From assembly GCA_964455555.1 (NCBI GenBank), contig CAYVXV010000001.1, forward strand, positions 31,499 through 95,498: 64,000 nucleotides of DNA, written 5' to 3'. The stretch is from an uncultured Pseudomonadales bacterium (GTDB taxonomy: Bacteria; Patescibacteriota; Microgenomatia; UBA1400; PJMF01). The notes beneath the pieces were generated by a model. That model was not told the DNA's origin. It saw only the letters and a program-made list of their open reading frames with translations, and made no database searches. Each line of letters opens with the position of its first letter. Position 1 is the first letter of the stretch. The position numbers were made by a program, and so were the translations under genes. Below are positions 39,466 to 49,062 of this stretch, piece after piece.

Positions 39466-40095
39466 ATGGCAAATCCCCTAGAAGTGACTTCTTTAACTCT
39501 CGGAGAGCTGCAGACAAACTGCTACCTAGCCTGGTGCAGCAGCACGCGCGAGGCCTTGATTATTGATCCCGCAGACAGCGGCGACACTATCTCACAGATG
39601 ATTCTTGACCTTGAGCTGAAACCGCTAGCAATTGTACTCACACATGGCCACTTTGACCATGTATTAGCCACCTTGGAGACAAAAATTAATTTTGATATAC
39701 CGGTTTTAATGCATCAGGCCGATCTTTTTCTGATTAAAGCCGCCCAGTCAAGCACGCGCCATTGGCTGAAGAGGGAAACTGATCCGGTGCCAAAACCCGA
39801 TTCTTTCTTAAAAGACGGGCTAGTGCTTGACGTTGGTGAACATAAGATTACGGTTATGGAAACCCCCGGGCATACTCCGGGAAGCATTGCCCTCTATGAT
39901 AAGTCCAGTGCAGTTCTTTTTACCGGCGACACCTTGTTTCAGGCAGGAGTTGGCAGGACTGACTTTAGCTACTCCAGTCCAAAGGATCTGGAAAAATCAG
40001 TTAGAAAACTTTTCACCCTCCCAGAAGATACAATTTGTTATCCCGGCCATGGGCCGTCTACTACCATCGGGCAAGAGCAATCACCACAAGAATAA
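39466..40095 (+). CDS. MBL-fold metallo-hydrolase (glyoxalase II/YcbL-like)
   Basis: THGHFDH, TPGHTPG, FTGDTLF and PGHG. Confidence 0.92.
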   Translation: MANPLEVTSLTLGELQTNCYLAWCSSTREALIIDPADSGDTISQMILDLELKPLAIVLTHGHFDHVLATLETKINFDIPVLMHQADLFLIKAAQSSTRHWLKRETDPVPKPDSFLKDGLVLDVGEHKITVMETPGHTPGSIALYDKSSAVLFTGDTLFQAGVGRTDFSYSSPKDLEKSVRKLFTLPEDTICYPGHGPSTTIGQEQSPQE

Positions 40096-40146
40096 CCAAC
40101 AGATAGTTGCTATACTACAAAAACTGTAACAGATATTTTGTGTATT

Positions 40147-41055
40147 ATGACTAACTCAGAAACTAACAAATCAGCTGAACCAATCAAAAGAGCTATTATT
40201 ACCGCCGCTGGCTTTGGTTCCCGCTTTCTACCGATAACTAAAACTTTTCCCAAGGAAATGCTGCCGATTATTGATAAGCCGATTATTCAATACCTGGTTG
40301 AAGAGTGCGCCGAGGCCGGTATTGAAGAGGTCATCATTGTTGTTTCTCCGGGTGAGGTAACCAAATTTGAGGATTATTTTTACGGCAGCGCCACCAACAT
40401 CCGCACCCTGATGATCCGTCAAGGCAAGTTTGATCGCTGGGACAAAGTTGACCAGGTTTTTAAGCTGCCCAAAATAACCATCATGCCCCAAGACGAGCGC
40501 CTGCCTTATGGCAACGGCCGGCCTATCCTGACAGCCAAGCAGCTAGTGGAAAATGATCCGGCTTTTGTAGTGATGTGGGGTGATGATTTAGTGTTGAGCA
40601 AGGTTAGCGCAGTTAAACAAATTGTAGATTTTTATTATCAAAACCCTGACTCCGACGGAGTTTTGGCTGTTCAAGAAGTCCCGGATGAAGAAGTAGACAG
40701 ATATGGTGTAGTCAAACTGAAAGCAGGCTCTGATGATGCTGTGGAAATGATTATTGAGAAACCAAAGCGCGAGGATGCTCCTTCCAACCTAGTGTCATAC
40801 GGGCGCTATGTGCTTACGCCAAAAGTTTTTGAGTTTTTGGATGCTGAAGCCACTGGACTTGACGGTGAATTGTGGCTGCAGGATGCCAACCATCAGGTGG
40901 CCAAGAATGGCAAAGTCCGGATTAAGGTAGTCGACGGCGAGTGGTTGACCACCGGCGACCCACTCCGATACATGAAAGCCCATGTTAAATTTATGATGGC
41001 TCAAGAGAGTTATAGAAAAGATCTAATACCTTTCCTAAAAGAATTAACTGATTAA
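40147..41055 (+). CDS. galU: UTP--glucose-1-phosphate uridylyltransferase (copy 1)
   Basis: AAGFGSRFLPITK..PKEMLP, GDDL, EKP and GRYVLTP. Confidence 0.85.
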   Translation: MTNSETNKSAEPIKRAIITAAGFGSRFLPITKTFPKEMLPIIDKPIIQYLVEECAEAGIEEVIIVVSPGEVTKFEDYFYGSATNIRTLMIRQGKFDRWDKVDQVFKLPKITIMPQDERLPYGNGRPILTAKQLVENDPAFVVMWGDDLVLSKVSAVKQIVDFYYQNPDSDGVLAVQEVPDEEVDRYGVVKLKAGSDDAVEMIIEKPKREDAPSNLVSYGRYVLTPKVFEFLDAEATGLDGELWLQDANHQVAKNGKVRIKVVDGEWLTTGDPLRYMKAHVKFMMAQESYRKDLIPFLKELTD

Positions 41056-41352
41056 AATCCCAGCAAGCTTTCAAAGCCAAAATTCAAAGTTTTGTAAGAG
41101 TTTTGGAGATTGCGAAGCGTCCGGAACTTCAGCAGCGGCCAAATAATTCTCAAATTTTTTTGTCTGGAAAAAAGAGGCCATGAAAAAATTTTATCAGGCT
41201 CATACTCTATCAAAATTGCCTTGTTTCCTCTGGAAATGATGGGCATTATTTGGGTATTTCTTTACTGATATAGTTTCATAGCATTTAGCTGCATTCTGAT
41301 GTGATTTTTGCCCTTGCATTCATAAGAGCCATGTAATAAGATTCACGCTCTT

Positions 41353-42189
41353 ATGAAACCAAACGCCTGCCCGCGAACGGTTAAGCCGTTCAAACTTTAT
41401 ACTAGTATTGTTGGCATCCTGCTAATGCTGGGTGTCGGACAAGCCGCCACCCCGGAAGCGGAAATTTCTCCCCAATCAGACATCAAGGGTATGTTTCAGC
41501 AACAGCTGCGCAATTTGAGTGAATCAGCGCTCGGAACTGAATCTCAAAATCCTTCTGATAATCCGCAGTTTGCCACAATCAAAGACTTGCCTGACTTTTC
41601 GGAAAAAAATATCCGTGTTGGCCTGCAAGTCGGTCACTGGCAAAACGACAATCCTCCAGCCGAACTATCTTGGATCAAGAGAAACACCGGCGCCAACGGC
41701 GGCGGCAAATGGGAATCTGAGATAGCCTTGGATATTGTCAATCACGCCAAAGACATTCTTGAGCGCCAAGGCATTGCGGTCGATATCATTCCTGCTGTCG
41801 TTCCACCAGGCTATAGGGCTGATGTCTTTGTTTCCGTTCATGCGGACGGCAGCGACAAAAATCCCAATGCCTCCGGTTACAAAATAGCCCCATCTGCCAG
41901 AGATCAAAGCGGCCAAGCCGGCAATCTTTTCCAAGCTGTCTCTGCTGCTTATGCCGAAGAAACTCATATGCGCTGGGATAACAATATTACAACCAACATG
42001 ACTCATTACTACTCCTTCGCTGATCATAAATACACTCACTCTATATCACCTGAAACACCTGCAATTCTATTGGAAACCGGTTTTCTGACGAACAGTGCCG
42101 ACCGCTATTTCCTGGTAGATCACCCAGAAATTCCGGGAAGAGGTTTGGCATACGGCATTGTTGACTACCTGGTTCAAGCCGGCAAGTAA
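41353..42189 (+). CDS. N-acetylmuramoyl-L-alanine amidase (Amidase_3), exported
   Basis: Signal segment; LQVGH, SVHAD and LLETGFLTN. Confidence 0.82.
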   Translation: MKPNACPRTVKPFKLYTSIVGILLMLGVGQAATPEAEISPQSDIKGMFQQQLRNLSESALGTESQNPSDNPQFATIKDLPDFSEKNIRVGLQVGHWQNDNPPAELSWIKRNTGANGGGKWESEIALDIVNHAKDILERQGIAVDIIPAVVPPGYRADVFVSVHADGSDKNPNASGYKIAPSARDQSGQAGNLFQAVSAAYAEETHMRWDNNITTNMTHYYSFADHKYTHSISPETPAILLETGFLTNSADRYFLVDHPEIPGRGLAYGIVDYLVQAGK

Positions 42190-42325
42190 TCCACCGCTAA
42201 CCGGCCGGATCAGCTCTCTTACCCTCTTCTCATTTCACTTTTACTAACCTTTCAACTGCCCTGCCTATACTCCTTTCATAAGTTTATGCAACACTCCATA
42301 AAAAATACTGTTAGGAAAGGCAAAT

Positions 42326-42760
42326 ATGACCACCACCGGGTTAGATACCTTTGACACCACGGTGCAGCAGACAAATGAACTATTAAACAAAGTGGAAGAA
42401 AAACTAGGTTGGGAAAAGCGGCGCGACCAATCGTATGCACTGTTGCGCATTAGCCTGCAGGCTTTGCGGGATAGATTGCCTGTACACCATGCTGTCCATC
42501 TGGGGGCAGAACTGCCCATGCTGGTTCGCGGCTTTTATTATGAAGGTTGGGAACCAGACAAAGTGCCGGTTAAAATTAATAAAGAATCATTTATTGAAAA
42601 TATCCGGAGGGAATTTCAATACTCATCTACTCAAGGCATCACGCAGCTTGTTAATATTGCCCTATCCACAGTCCTTGATTCAGTTTCTGAGGGAACAAAA
42701 CAGCAAATAAAAGAGGTTTTGCCGGAAGCAATAGCTAAGCTGGTAACCTCCAAAGATTAA
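42326..42760 (+). CDS. DUF2267-domain protein
   Basis: FDTTVQQTN, LRDRLP and LGAELPMLVRGFYYEGW. Confidence 0.85.
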   Translation: MTTTGLDTFDTTVQQTNELLNKVEEKLGWEKRRDQSYALLRISLQALRDRLPVHHAVHLGAELPMLVRGFYYEGWEPDKVPVKINKESFIENIRREFQYSSTQGITQLVNIALSTVLDSVSEGTKQQIKEVLPEAIAKLVTSKD

Positions 42761-42811
42761 TCTCTAATTGTGACAAGGCAATTAAGCTGCCGAACAGCAT
42801 AAAGTCTCAAT

Positions 42812-44050
42812 TTAGCCGGCTTTTTTAACTGCTTCAACAAAATATTCAATATCTTCCCTGGTATGTGAGGCACTAATCTGCACCCTAATTTCATCACGCC
42901 CCGGAGAAACAACCGGATAGCTAATTGTGGTAACCAAAATTCCCTGGTTAAACAAAGCCTGCGAAAGCTCCTTGGCCTTCCTGGGGTCACCAATTAAAAT
43001 CGGCTGAATTGGATGAATTGATTCTGCTGCAAACGAATAGGCGGTGCCGTTCATTAATTTTTTGAAATAAGCTACATTTTCCCGGGATTTGTGCAGCAAA
43101 GCCTTGCCAGCATCACTCTCAAGCAACTCAACAGCAGCCAAGGCTGCCCCGGCAGTTCCGGGTGAAATGGAATTTGAGTAAATATAGGTAGCCGCTGCCT
43201 CCCTGAGGTAATCAATCACCGCCTTGTCAGCTACTACGTAGCCGCCATCAGCACCAAAGGCTTTGCCGAGTGTACCCACTAAAACGTCGCAGCTGCCACC
43301 GCTGGCTTCCTCCGTACCCCGCCCTGTTTCACCAAAAGCACCGATGCCGTGAGCATCATCTACAACCAAGAGCACGCCTTCTTCATACTGTTTGTCAAAA
43401 GCATCAATTACTGCACCGATAGCACTCAAATCCTGATACTCACCCAACATGCTAAAGATGCCGTCAGTAACCACCAGGGCCCGTTTATGCTTGCCCAGGC
43501 CTGCATTTAGTCTGTCCTCCAGGTCTTTAGCATCAAGGTGTTTGAAAATCTGGCGCATTTCCTTGGGGTGATTGGCAATCCTAATTCCGTCAATAATACT
43601 GCGGTGATTGAGTTCGTCAGAAATTACCAAAACATCGTTGTGCACCAAAGAGTCGCGGCTTTGGCCGGTGATCAGGGAAAACAAAACCGCAATATTGGCG
43701 GCAAAAGCAGAAGAAAAGACCATGGCAGCTTCCCTCTTATGAAAACGCGCCAAAGCCTGCTCCAGGTCATTGTGAACCTTGAGCGTTCCGGAGATAAACC
43801 TTACCGCTCCGGGGCCCGTACCAAATTTTTCTGAAGCCTCCTGCTCAGCTTTTTTTAACTCAGGATGAAACCGCAGGCCCAAATAATCATTGGAGTTAAA
43901 AACATGATAGTCCTTGCCGCCGATGACAGCTTTGGGAGAAGGTTCATCGGTAAAAGTTTCGATGATATTTTCAGCCCGCTTGCTGGTTTTAGCTTCATCT
44001 ACCCTAATCACTTCCTGCTTCAACAAATCATAGAATGCTGATTTTGGCAT
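42812..44050 (-). CDS. kbl: 2-amino-3-ketobutyrate CoA ligase (glycine C-acetyltransferase)
   Basis: SNDYLGL, VRFISGT, LNHRSIIDG, DDAHG and GTLGKA; paired with an SDR-type Tdh. Confidence 0.85.
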   Translation of the reverse strand: MPKSAFYDLLKQEVIRVDEAKTSKRAENIIETFTDEPSPKAVIGGKDYHVFNSNDYLGLRFHPELKKAEQEASEKFGTGPGAVRFISGTLKVHNDLEQALARFHKREAAMVFSSAFAANIAVLFSLITGQSRDSLVHNDVLVISDELNHRSIIDGIRIANHPKEMRQIFKHLDAKDLEDRLNAGLGKHKRALVVTDGIFSMLGEYQDLSAIGAVIDAFDKQYEEGVLLVVDDAHGIGAFGETGRGTEEASGGSCDVLVGTLGKAFGADGGYVVADKAVIDYLREAAATYIYSNSISPGTAGAALAAVELLESDAGKALLHKSRENVAYFKKLMNGTAYSFAAESIHPIQPILIGDPRKAKELSQALFNQGILVTTISYPVVSPGRDEIRVQISASHTREDIEYFVEAVKKAG

Positions 44051-44071
44051 TTTTCTCCTTTAAAAATTTAT

Positions 44072-45010
44072 TTAAAGACCAAACTTTTCTGAGAGTTTTT
44101 CAATCATGACTTCAGTCATTTTACTAAGGTCAAACTCATGTTCCCAACCCCAGTCGCGACGGGCTACAGAGTCATCGATGGAATTCGGCCATGAATCGGC
44201 AATATTCTGCCGGTGGTCCGGTGCATAAGTTACCTCCACCGGCAAGTGCTTGTTGATTTCAGCGGCCAACTCTGCAGCGGTAAAACTAAATGCGGCAAAG
44301 TTGTAACTCGTCCGGACGGAAAGGCTGGTGGGGTCGGCTTCCATCAAATCGATAGTGCCTTTTACCGCATCATCCATATACATCATTGGCAAAGTAGTTT
44401 CCTCGTTCACAAAACAGGTGTACCGGCCGGTTTGCAGGCCATCATAAAAAATTGCCACAGCATAGTCGCTGGTGCCGCCACCCGGCTCAGCTTTCCAGCT
44501 GATTAAACCCGGATAACGGATACTCCTGACATCAACACCATATTTAAGGAAATAGTAGTGGCAAAGGTTTTCGCCGGTGACTTTGGTAACGCCATACATA
44601 GTGGTTGGTTCGAGCACTGTTTGCTGAGGAGTATTGTCGCGGGGTGTGGTCGGGCCAAAAGCAGCAATTGAGCTTGGCCAAAAAACCTTGAGCTGATATT
44701 CCTTGGCTAAATCCAAAACGTCTTTGAGGCTCTGGACATTTATTTCCCAAGTTATACTGGGATTTTCTTCACCTTTGGCTGATAGCAGAGAAACCATGTG
44801 ATAAATAGTGCCGACATTGTGTTTTTCAATCAAGGTTTTCAAACCCTCAAGGTTTGGTAGCTCCAGCGTTTCAACAATTCCTTCAAAATCTGCTGGCACA
44901 TTCCGGTTGCCCATGGCAACAATGTTTTCTTGGCCGTATTTCTTTTGAAGAGCCGGCACAAGTTCGCTTCCAATCTGTCCAAAGGCACCGGTTACAAGGA
45001 TTTTTTTCAT
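44072..45010 (-). CDS. tdh: L-threonine 3-dehydrogenase (SDR type)
   Basis: GAFGQIG, LLSAKGE, PSSIAAFG, YGVTK, RYPGLIS, GGGTSDYA, MMYMDD and RQNIADSWP. Confidence 0.88.
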   Translation of the reverse strand: MKKILVTGAFGQIGSELVPALQKKYGQENIVAMGNRNVPADFEGIVETLELPNLEGLKTLIEKHNVGTIYHMVSLLSAKGEENPSITWEINVQSLKDVLDLAKEYQLKVFWPSSIAAFGPTTPRDNTPQQTVLEPTTMYGVTKVTGENLCHYYFLKYGVDVRSIRYPGLISWKAEPGGGTSDYAVAIFYDGLQTGRYTCFVNEETTLPMMYMDDAVKGTIDLMEADPTSLSVRTSYNFAAFSFTAAELAAEINKHLPVEVTYAPDHRQNIADSWPNSIDDSVARRDWGWEHEFDLSKMTEVMIEKLSEKFGL

Positions 45011-45099
45011 GATACTCCCGACTACACTTACTAAAAGTAGTGTACACCAAATTTTTTTAAAGGGGTTAATGTCAAAGGCTGACCGGCGATCACGGCTTG

Positions 45100-46425
45100 T
45101 TATTGAACCCTGACAACTTGGCAGGTAAAGCCGCCACCGGCGCCAAAGGACAAGAACATAACATAATCATCCGGTTCGATATTTTCAAGTTGCCGGCCAA
45201 AAGCAATCGGGATGGTAGTGGCCGGCGCATTTCCTTCGCTGATCACCCACTGGATTTGATCGTTGGAGAAACCTAGACCCGGCCTTCTAGCCCCCCTTCC
45301 AACAAGTTTGTGCCTTAGATGATTGAAAATAGTTTTGCTGGGATGGTGTACAACAACCCGCTTGATTTTTTGGGCAGCCTGTTCAAGTGAAATTGTTTCG
45401 CCTTCAATTTCCTCCAGTTCATAGCGGAAATCCTCCAAAACTTCCTGGGCTAACTGAGCCGCATTATCCCTAAAATAAAATGCCGTCGCCTCCGGATCCA
45501 TTTGAACCAGCTGCCCGCCGGTTGTCGGTGCCATAAAGGGCGATTTCTTGGCATCATCCACCTGATCTCTTGGCCAAAAATCAGTGGTGTCTAAATACCG
45601 CAGACAAGAAGCGCCCTCCTGAACCGATTTTTGCCTGCCGGCAACTTTGACAAAAGTCGAAAGCTCGGGGTTGTCCGGATGATAAAAAAATGTCCATGCC
45701 GCAGCTCCGGAAGAAAACAATTGCCCTGAATTGGTGTCACCGCCAAGATGGCTCAAGCGTAAACCATCCTCATAGGCAAAAATGGTTACAACCACTGGCT
45801 CTCTCCTGTCCAACTGAGGGCAGTTTTCCCGCAAAACCTGATCGTACTCACCACTGAGGAGGGCATAAAAAAGGGCTCCTGCTGAATCACATGCCCTTAA
45901 TCGGTAATCCACCAGCTCAGGGTTCACAACACCCACTGCCCTGCCAATCCGTAGGTGAAAGTCCGGGGCATGGTTTGGCGGCACGCTGGTTGCCACCAAC
46001 AGCAAATCAGACTTCTCTAGGCCAAACGGCTGCAATGATTCCTGGCACAGCTCCTTCGCCACTAAGGTTGTTGCCATTAGGTAAGACTCTTCCGGCAACC
46101 CAGAGGTAATCTGATAAATTTTGTTAAAACCGGAGGTCGGCGTAATGTCTATTATGTTTTCCCGGCCGCTTAACTCAACTGTCCGGGCGAATATTTGGCT
46201 GCCCTGATATTTTTCGCCATAAAAGGCCAAAGAAACGCTGGAGCCGATTTTTTCATTGAGGTGACCTTCTTGGTCATACTCCCAGCCCCCGACCACAGCA
46301 GCCAATGCTTCCAGGCTGTCGGCTAGATGTGAAATTGCTTCCGGGGCAACCTTAGAACGGCGTGCTTTTTCAATTTCAGCAGAAAGATTGTAGAGTTGAG
46401 GAAATTCGCTAGAAAAGTTGGGCAT
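45100..46425 (-). CDS. FabH/KAS III-like condensing enzyme (thiolase fold), highly divergent
   Basis: LLLVATS, RACDS (Cys), FSSGAAA, VVHHPS (His), EGNAPATTIP (Asn) and FGAGGGFT. Confidence 0.72.
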   Translation of the reverse strand: MPNFSSEFPQLYNLSAEIEKARRSKVAPEAISHLADSLEALAAVVGGWEYDQEGHLNEKIGSSVSLAFYGEKYQGSQIFARTVELSGRENIIDITPTSGFNKIYQITSGLPEESYLMATTLVAKELCQESLQPFGLEKSDLLLVATSVPPNHAPDFHLRIGRAVGVVNPELVDYRLRACDSAGALFYALLSGEYDQVLRENCPQLDRREPVVVTIFAYEDGLRLSHLGGDTNSGQLFSSGAAAWTFFYHPDNPELSTFVKVAGRQKSVQEGASCLRYLDTTDFWPRDQVDDAKKSPFMAPTTGGQLVQMDPEATAFYFRDNAAQLAQEVLEDFRYELEEIEGETISLEQAAQKIKRVVVHHPSKTIFNHLRHKLVGRGARRPGLGFSNDQIQWVISEGNAPATTIPIAFGRQLENIEPDDYVMFLSFGAGGGFTCQVVRVQ

Positions 46426-46488
46426 ATTTTCAGCTTTTGTCTTTTAAACCAAGCTTAATTCTATGCCACAACCGCTTTTTCAGCAATT

Positions 46489-47130
46489 CTAGTTTGTGAC
46501 TTCAGTCACACGCCGAATGTTGCCGGCTTCGTCCCAATTTATTTGATTCTTTGAGAGCCTGCTATAGCCGAATCCGGTTGTTTCGATCATTCTAATTAAA
46601 GACAAAGTAAAATTACTTAATCCCCTGTTGTTTGCAGACAATTTTGCCAGCATAAGCACTGTAAGCCGGCTCACAGCCTCCCTTGAGTATGAATAAGGCA
46701 AATCCAGCTGCCTGCAGAGATACCTGGAAAGCTGCCAACAAAACTTTTCCTCCTGCCTGAAATCGCTCAGGTACTCATCATTGGTCCTGCCCATCGAAGA
46801 AAGGAGTTTATGAGCACATTCGTGAAAAAGTATGGAAAAATAATCTGCCGCAGATGAATAATAGCCGACCTTAATCCTCTTCCCAGATCCCCAATGATCC
46901 GATCGCTCTGCACCTAATATCGACTCAGTGAGCAGATCTTGGAGGTCGTGACTGCCGTTTATGGCAAAAAAGCTGTTGACCCGGTAGGCTAGCCGGTCTT
47001 TTTCCTCTTCATCCATCGCTGCCACGCGCTCGAGGGCTAAAGCCCTTAAATCGCCTTCGGTGGGCACATCATTAGACCGTGGTTTATCCGGAGCAAATGA
47101 AAGTAACTCTCCTTTGTTTATGTTCTGCAT
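46489..47130 (-). CDS. Hypothetical protein with a zincin-like HExxH motif
   Basis: FHECAH followed about 17 residues later by EEKFCW. Confidence 0.55.
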   Translation of the reverse strand: MQNINKGELLSFAPDKPRSNDVPTEGDLRALALERVAAMDEEEKDRLAYRVNSFFAINGSHDLQDLLTESILGAERSDHWGSGKRIKVGYYSSAADYFSILFHECAHKLLSSMGRTNDEYLSDFRQEEKFCWQLSRYLCRQLDLPYSYSREAVSRLTVLMLAKLSANNRGLSNFTLSLIRMIETTGFGYSRLSKNQINWDEAGNIRRVTEVTN

Positions 47131-47180
47131 AGCACATTATTTTCCAAAAATAGCTGACTTAACTACTTTCTGGTAAATTA

Positions 47181-47963
47181 CTAAGAGGTGGCTCGGGTAA
47201 AGCACATTTTCCGTGCATCCAAGGGCAGGTTTAGCTGCGCAGCCAGCGCTTGCATGATTTCCGTTAAATAAAAGTTGGGCCTGACAATTTTTCCGTTATT
47301 GAATTCCGGCATCCAATCCAGCAGTTCAGCCACTGACATCTGGGTGGTATCTATGCCAGCCATATCATAAACTAGCTTAAGATAGCTGTAATGAAACCAC
47401 TTCTCAACTTTTTTTCTTAAAGCAATGTTTTCCTGGTCGGATAAGTCCGGGTCAGGAAAAACGTCCGGCATATAGGGAAGAATGTGGGGATGAAAAACCT
47501 CATCATTAAGCAGACGGATAGCCCTAACCTGATCACACATTCTCTTGCCGCGGTATGAGCGGACCAACAAGCCAGCATACGGCCCTTCTATTACCAAGCC
47601 TACTTTATCTCCCGGACTGTGTTTAACTAAAACTGCATCGCAGGTGTCGCCAAAATCCTGAAACTCAACAGCATGCGGGTGTTTTGGAGCCATCAGCGGT
47701 ACATCCGGGATAATTTCAACCGGATATCTAACCTCAACAGGCAGTGCAGCTCCGCTAGTCTTGTAAATTTCTTGAAGTTCTTCTGATCTCAGTTTTAAAA
47801 ATAGAGCTCCGGTAATATTATTCACTGATGCTTCGCAGATTTCTCCTGTTTCAGCAGTTAAATCTGGAACCAGTCGTGATAAGGCCTGAAGCTCCTGTGT
47901 CAACGGACGGGAAAGAGTCCTCTCTTGAAAATATGACGGTAGCCGCTCACTTCTAAAGCTCAT
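47181..47963 (-). CDS. Hypothetical protein
   Basis: 260-aa ORF with TATAAT 8 nt upstream of the ATG. Confidence 0.6.
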   Translation of the reverse strand: MSFRSERLPSYFQERTLSRPLTQELQALSRLVPDLTAETGEICEASVNNITGALFLKLRSEELQEIYKTSGAALPVEVRYPVEIIPDVPLMAPKHPHAVEFQDFGDTCDAVLVKHSPGDKVGLVIEGPYAGLLVRSYRGKRMCDQVRAIRLLNDEVFHPHILPYMPDVFPDPDLSDQENIALRKKVEKWFHYSYLKLVYDMAGIDTTQMSVAELLDWMPEFNNGKIVRPNFYLTEIMQALAAQLNLPLDARKMCFTRATS

Positions 47964-48071
47964 AATAACGTATTATACCCGAATAATTTCCTTGGGGAGA
48001 ATTAAATTTTTCTTCTGGCCTCTTCACTTGTCAAAAACACTATAACTTTAGGCTGAAATAAATAATTATAT

Positions 48072-48464
48072 GTGTTATTATGTGGCATCATGACAAATTC
48101 CCTAGAAAACGCAGTACGAATGAGCCCCTCTCATCCAGAATATAAAAAAGTTGATTATCTCCTTGCACTATTGGCAGCGATAATCAATCCGGAAGCACAT
48201 TTTAATTTCAATAAGATTTCAGAGAAAGTTAAAGAACTTCCTAAACCCGAGAGATCACTGGAAGAAGAAAGACGGCAGAACTTCATCCTGGCAACCAAAA
48301 GGGAGCTGCAAAAAATTTTTGATGAGATTCAGGCAACTCCTCCTATCTGGTTTGAATGTATCAGAGATTTTGAGATGGATGACATGAATGAGTCAGCCGA
48401 TATAGAGCTGCTGAACGAAATTTTCGACGAAGCTGCTGAAAATCCTGATAATTACGTTAATTAA
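48072..48464 (+). CDS. Hypothetical protein
   Basis: 130-aa ORF; start uncertain. Confidence 0.5.
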   Translation: MLLCGIMTNSLENAVRMSPSHPEYKKVDYLLALLAAIINPEAHFNFNKISEKVKELPKPERSLEEERRQNFILATKRELQKIFDEIQATPPIWFECIRDFEMDDMNESADIELLNEIFDEAAENPDNYVN

Positions 48465-48465
48465 A

Positions 48466-48858
48466 CTATCTTACAACTTCGTAAGTCAGGCCTCCCCTGA
48501 CTCCAACTTCTGCATATCCAACATTAATAAATAGGTTGAGCACTCTCGATCCTTTCACATCATCGTGAAACATCACAACAGAATTCAGCCTAGTGCCATT
48601 AACATAGCCATTAATCCACTTCCGCTCCGAAAACTCGACATTTCTGTTTTCCGCTGCTGGGGGAAACAACTGCTTAACACTGCCTATTTCTAAAATTGCA
48701 TCCGGTCCGTTTTCCTCATAAAGCCTTAGCTCATAGTTTGAGATGGTGCCGGAATAATTCCAGACATCGTTTCCATGGACTAGTGATTTTGGAATCTGAT
48801 GGTTGTCCAAAGACCATCCAATGGCAGCAGCAATCCTCTGCTTCTCTTGAGAAGTCAT
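48466..48858 (-). CDS. Hypothetical protein
   Basis: 130-aa ORF with TGATATAAT 6 nt upstream of the ATG. Confidence 0.55.
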   Translation of the reverse strand: MTSQEKQRIAAAIGWSLDNHQIPKSLVHGNDVWNYSGTISNYELRLYEENGPDAILEIGSVKQLFPPAAENRNVEFSERKWINGYVNGTRLNSVVMFHDDVKGSRVLNLFINVGYAEVGVRGGLTYEVVR

Positions 48859-48926
48859 GCAAATATTATATCATCGTGAGGAATGCGCTTGGTTTGGAGT
48901 ATGCTGGATGAAATGTGGGAAATTTG

Positions 48927-48999
48927 CAGGGCCGGAGGGATTCGAACCCCCACGAGAGGTTTTGGAGACCCCCATGCTAGCCATTAACATCACGGCCCT
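48927..48999 (-). tRNA. tRNA-Trp(CCA)
   Basis: AGGGCCG acceptor stem, anticodon loop CT-CCA-AA and GGTTCGAATCC T-arm; CCA end not encoded. Confidence 0.95.
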
Positions 49000-49062
49000 A
49001 GGATTAATATTGTAACATGCTGCCACTAGACCTGGCTTCTTGTGTTGCGCTATTCTTAATGC

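Noticed and set aside
41052-41246. 64-aa ORF between galU and the amidase
   Set aside because: Short and AT-rich with no recognisable features; more likely intergenic.
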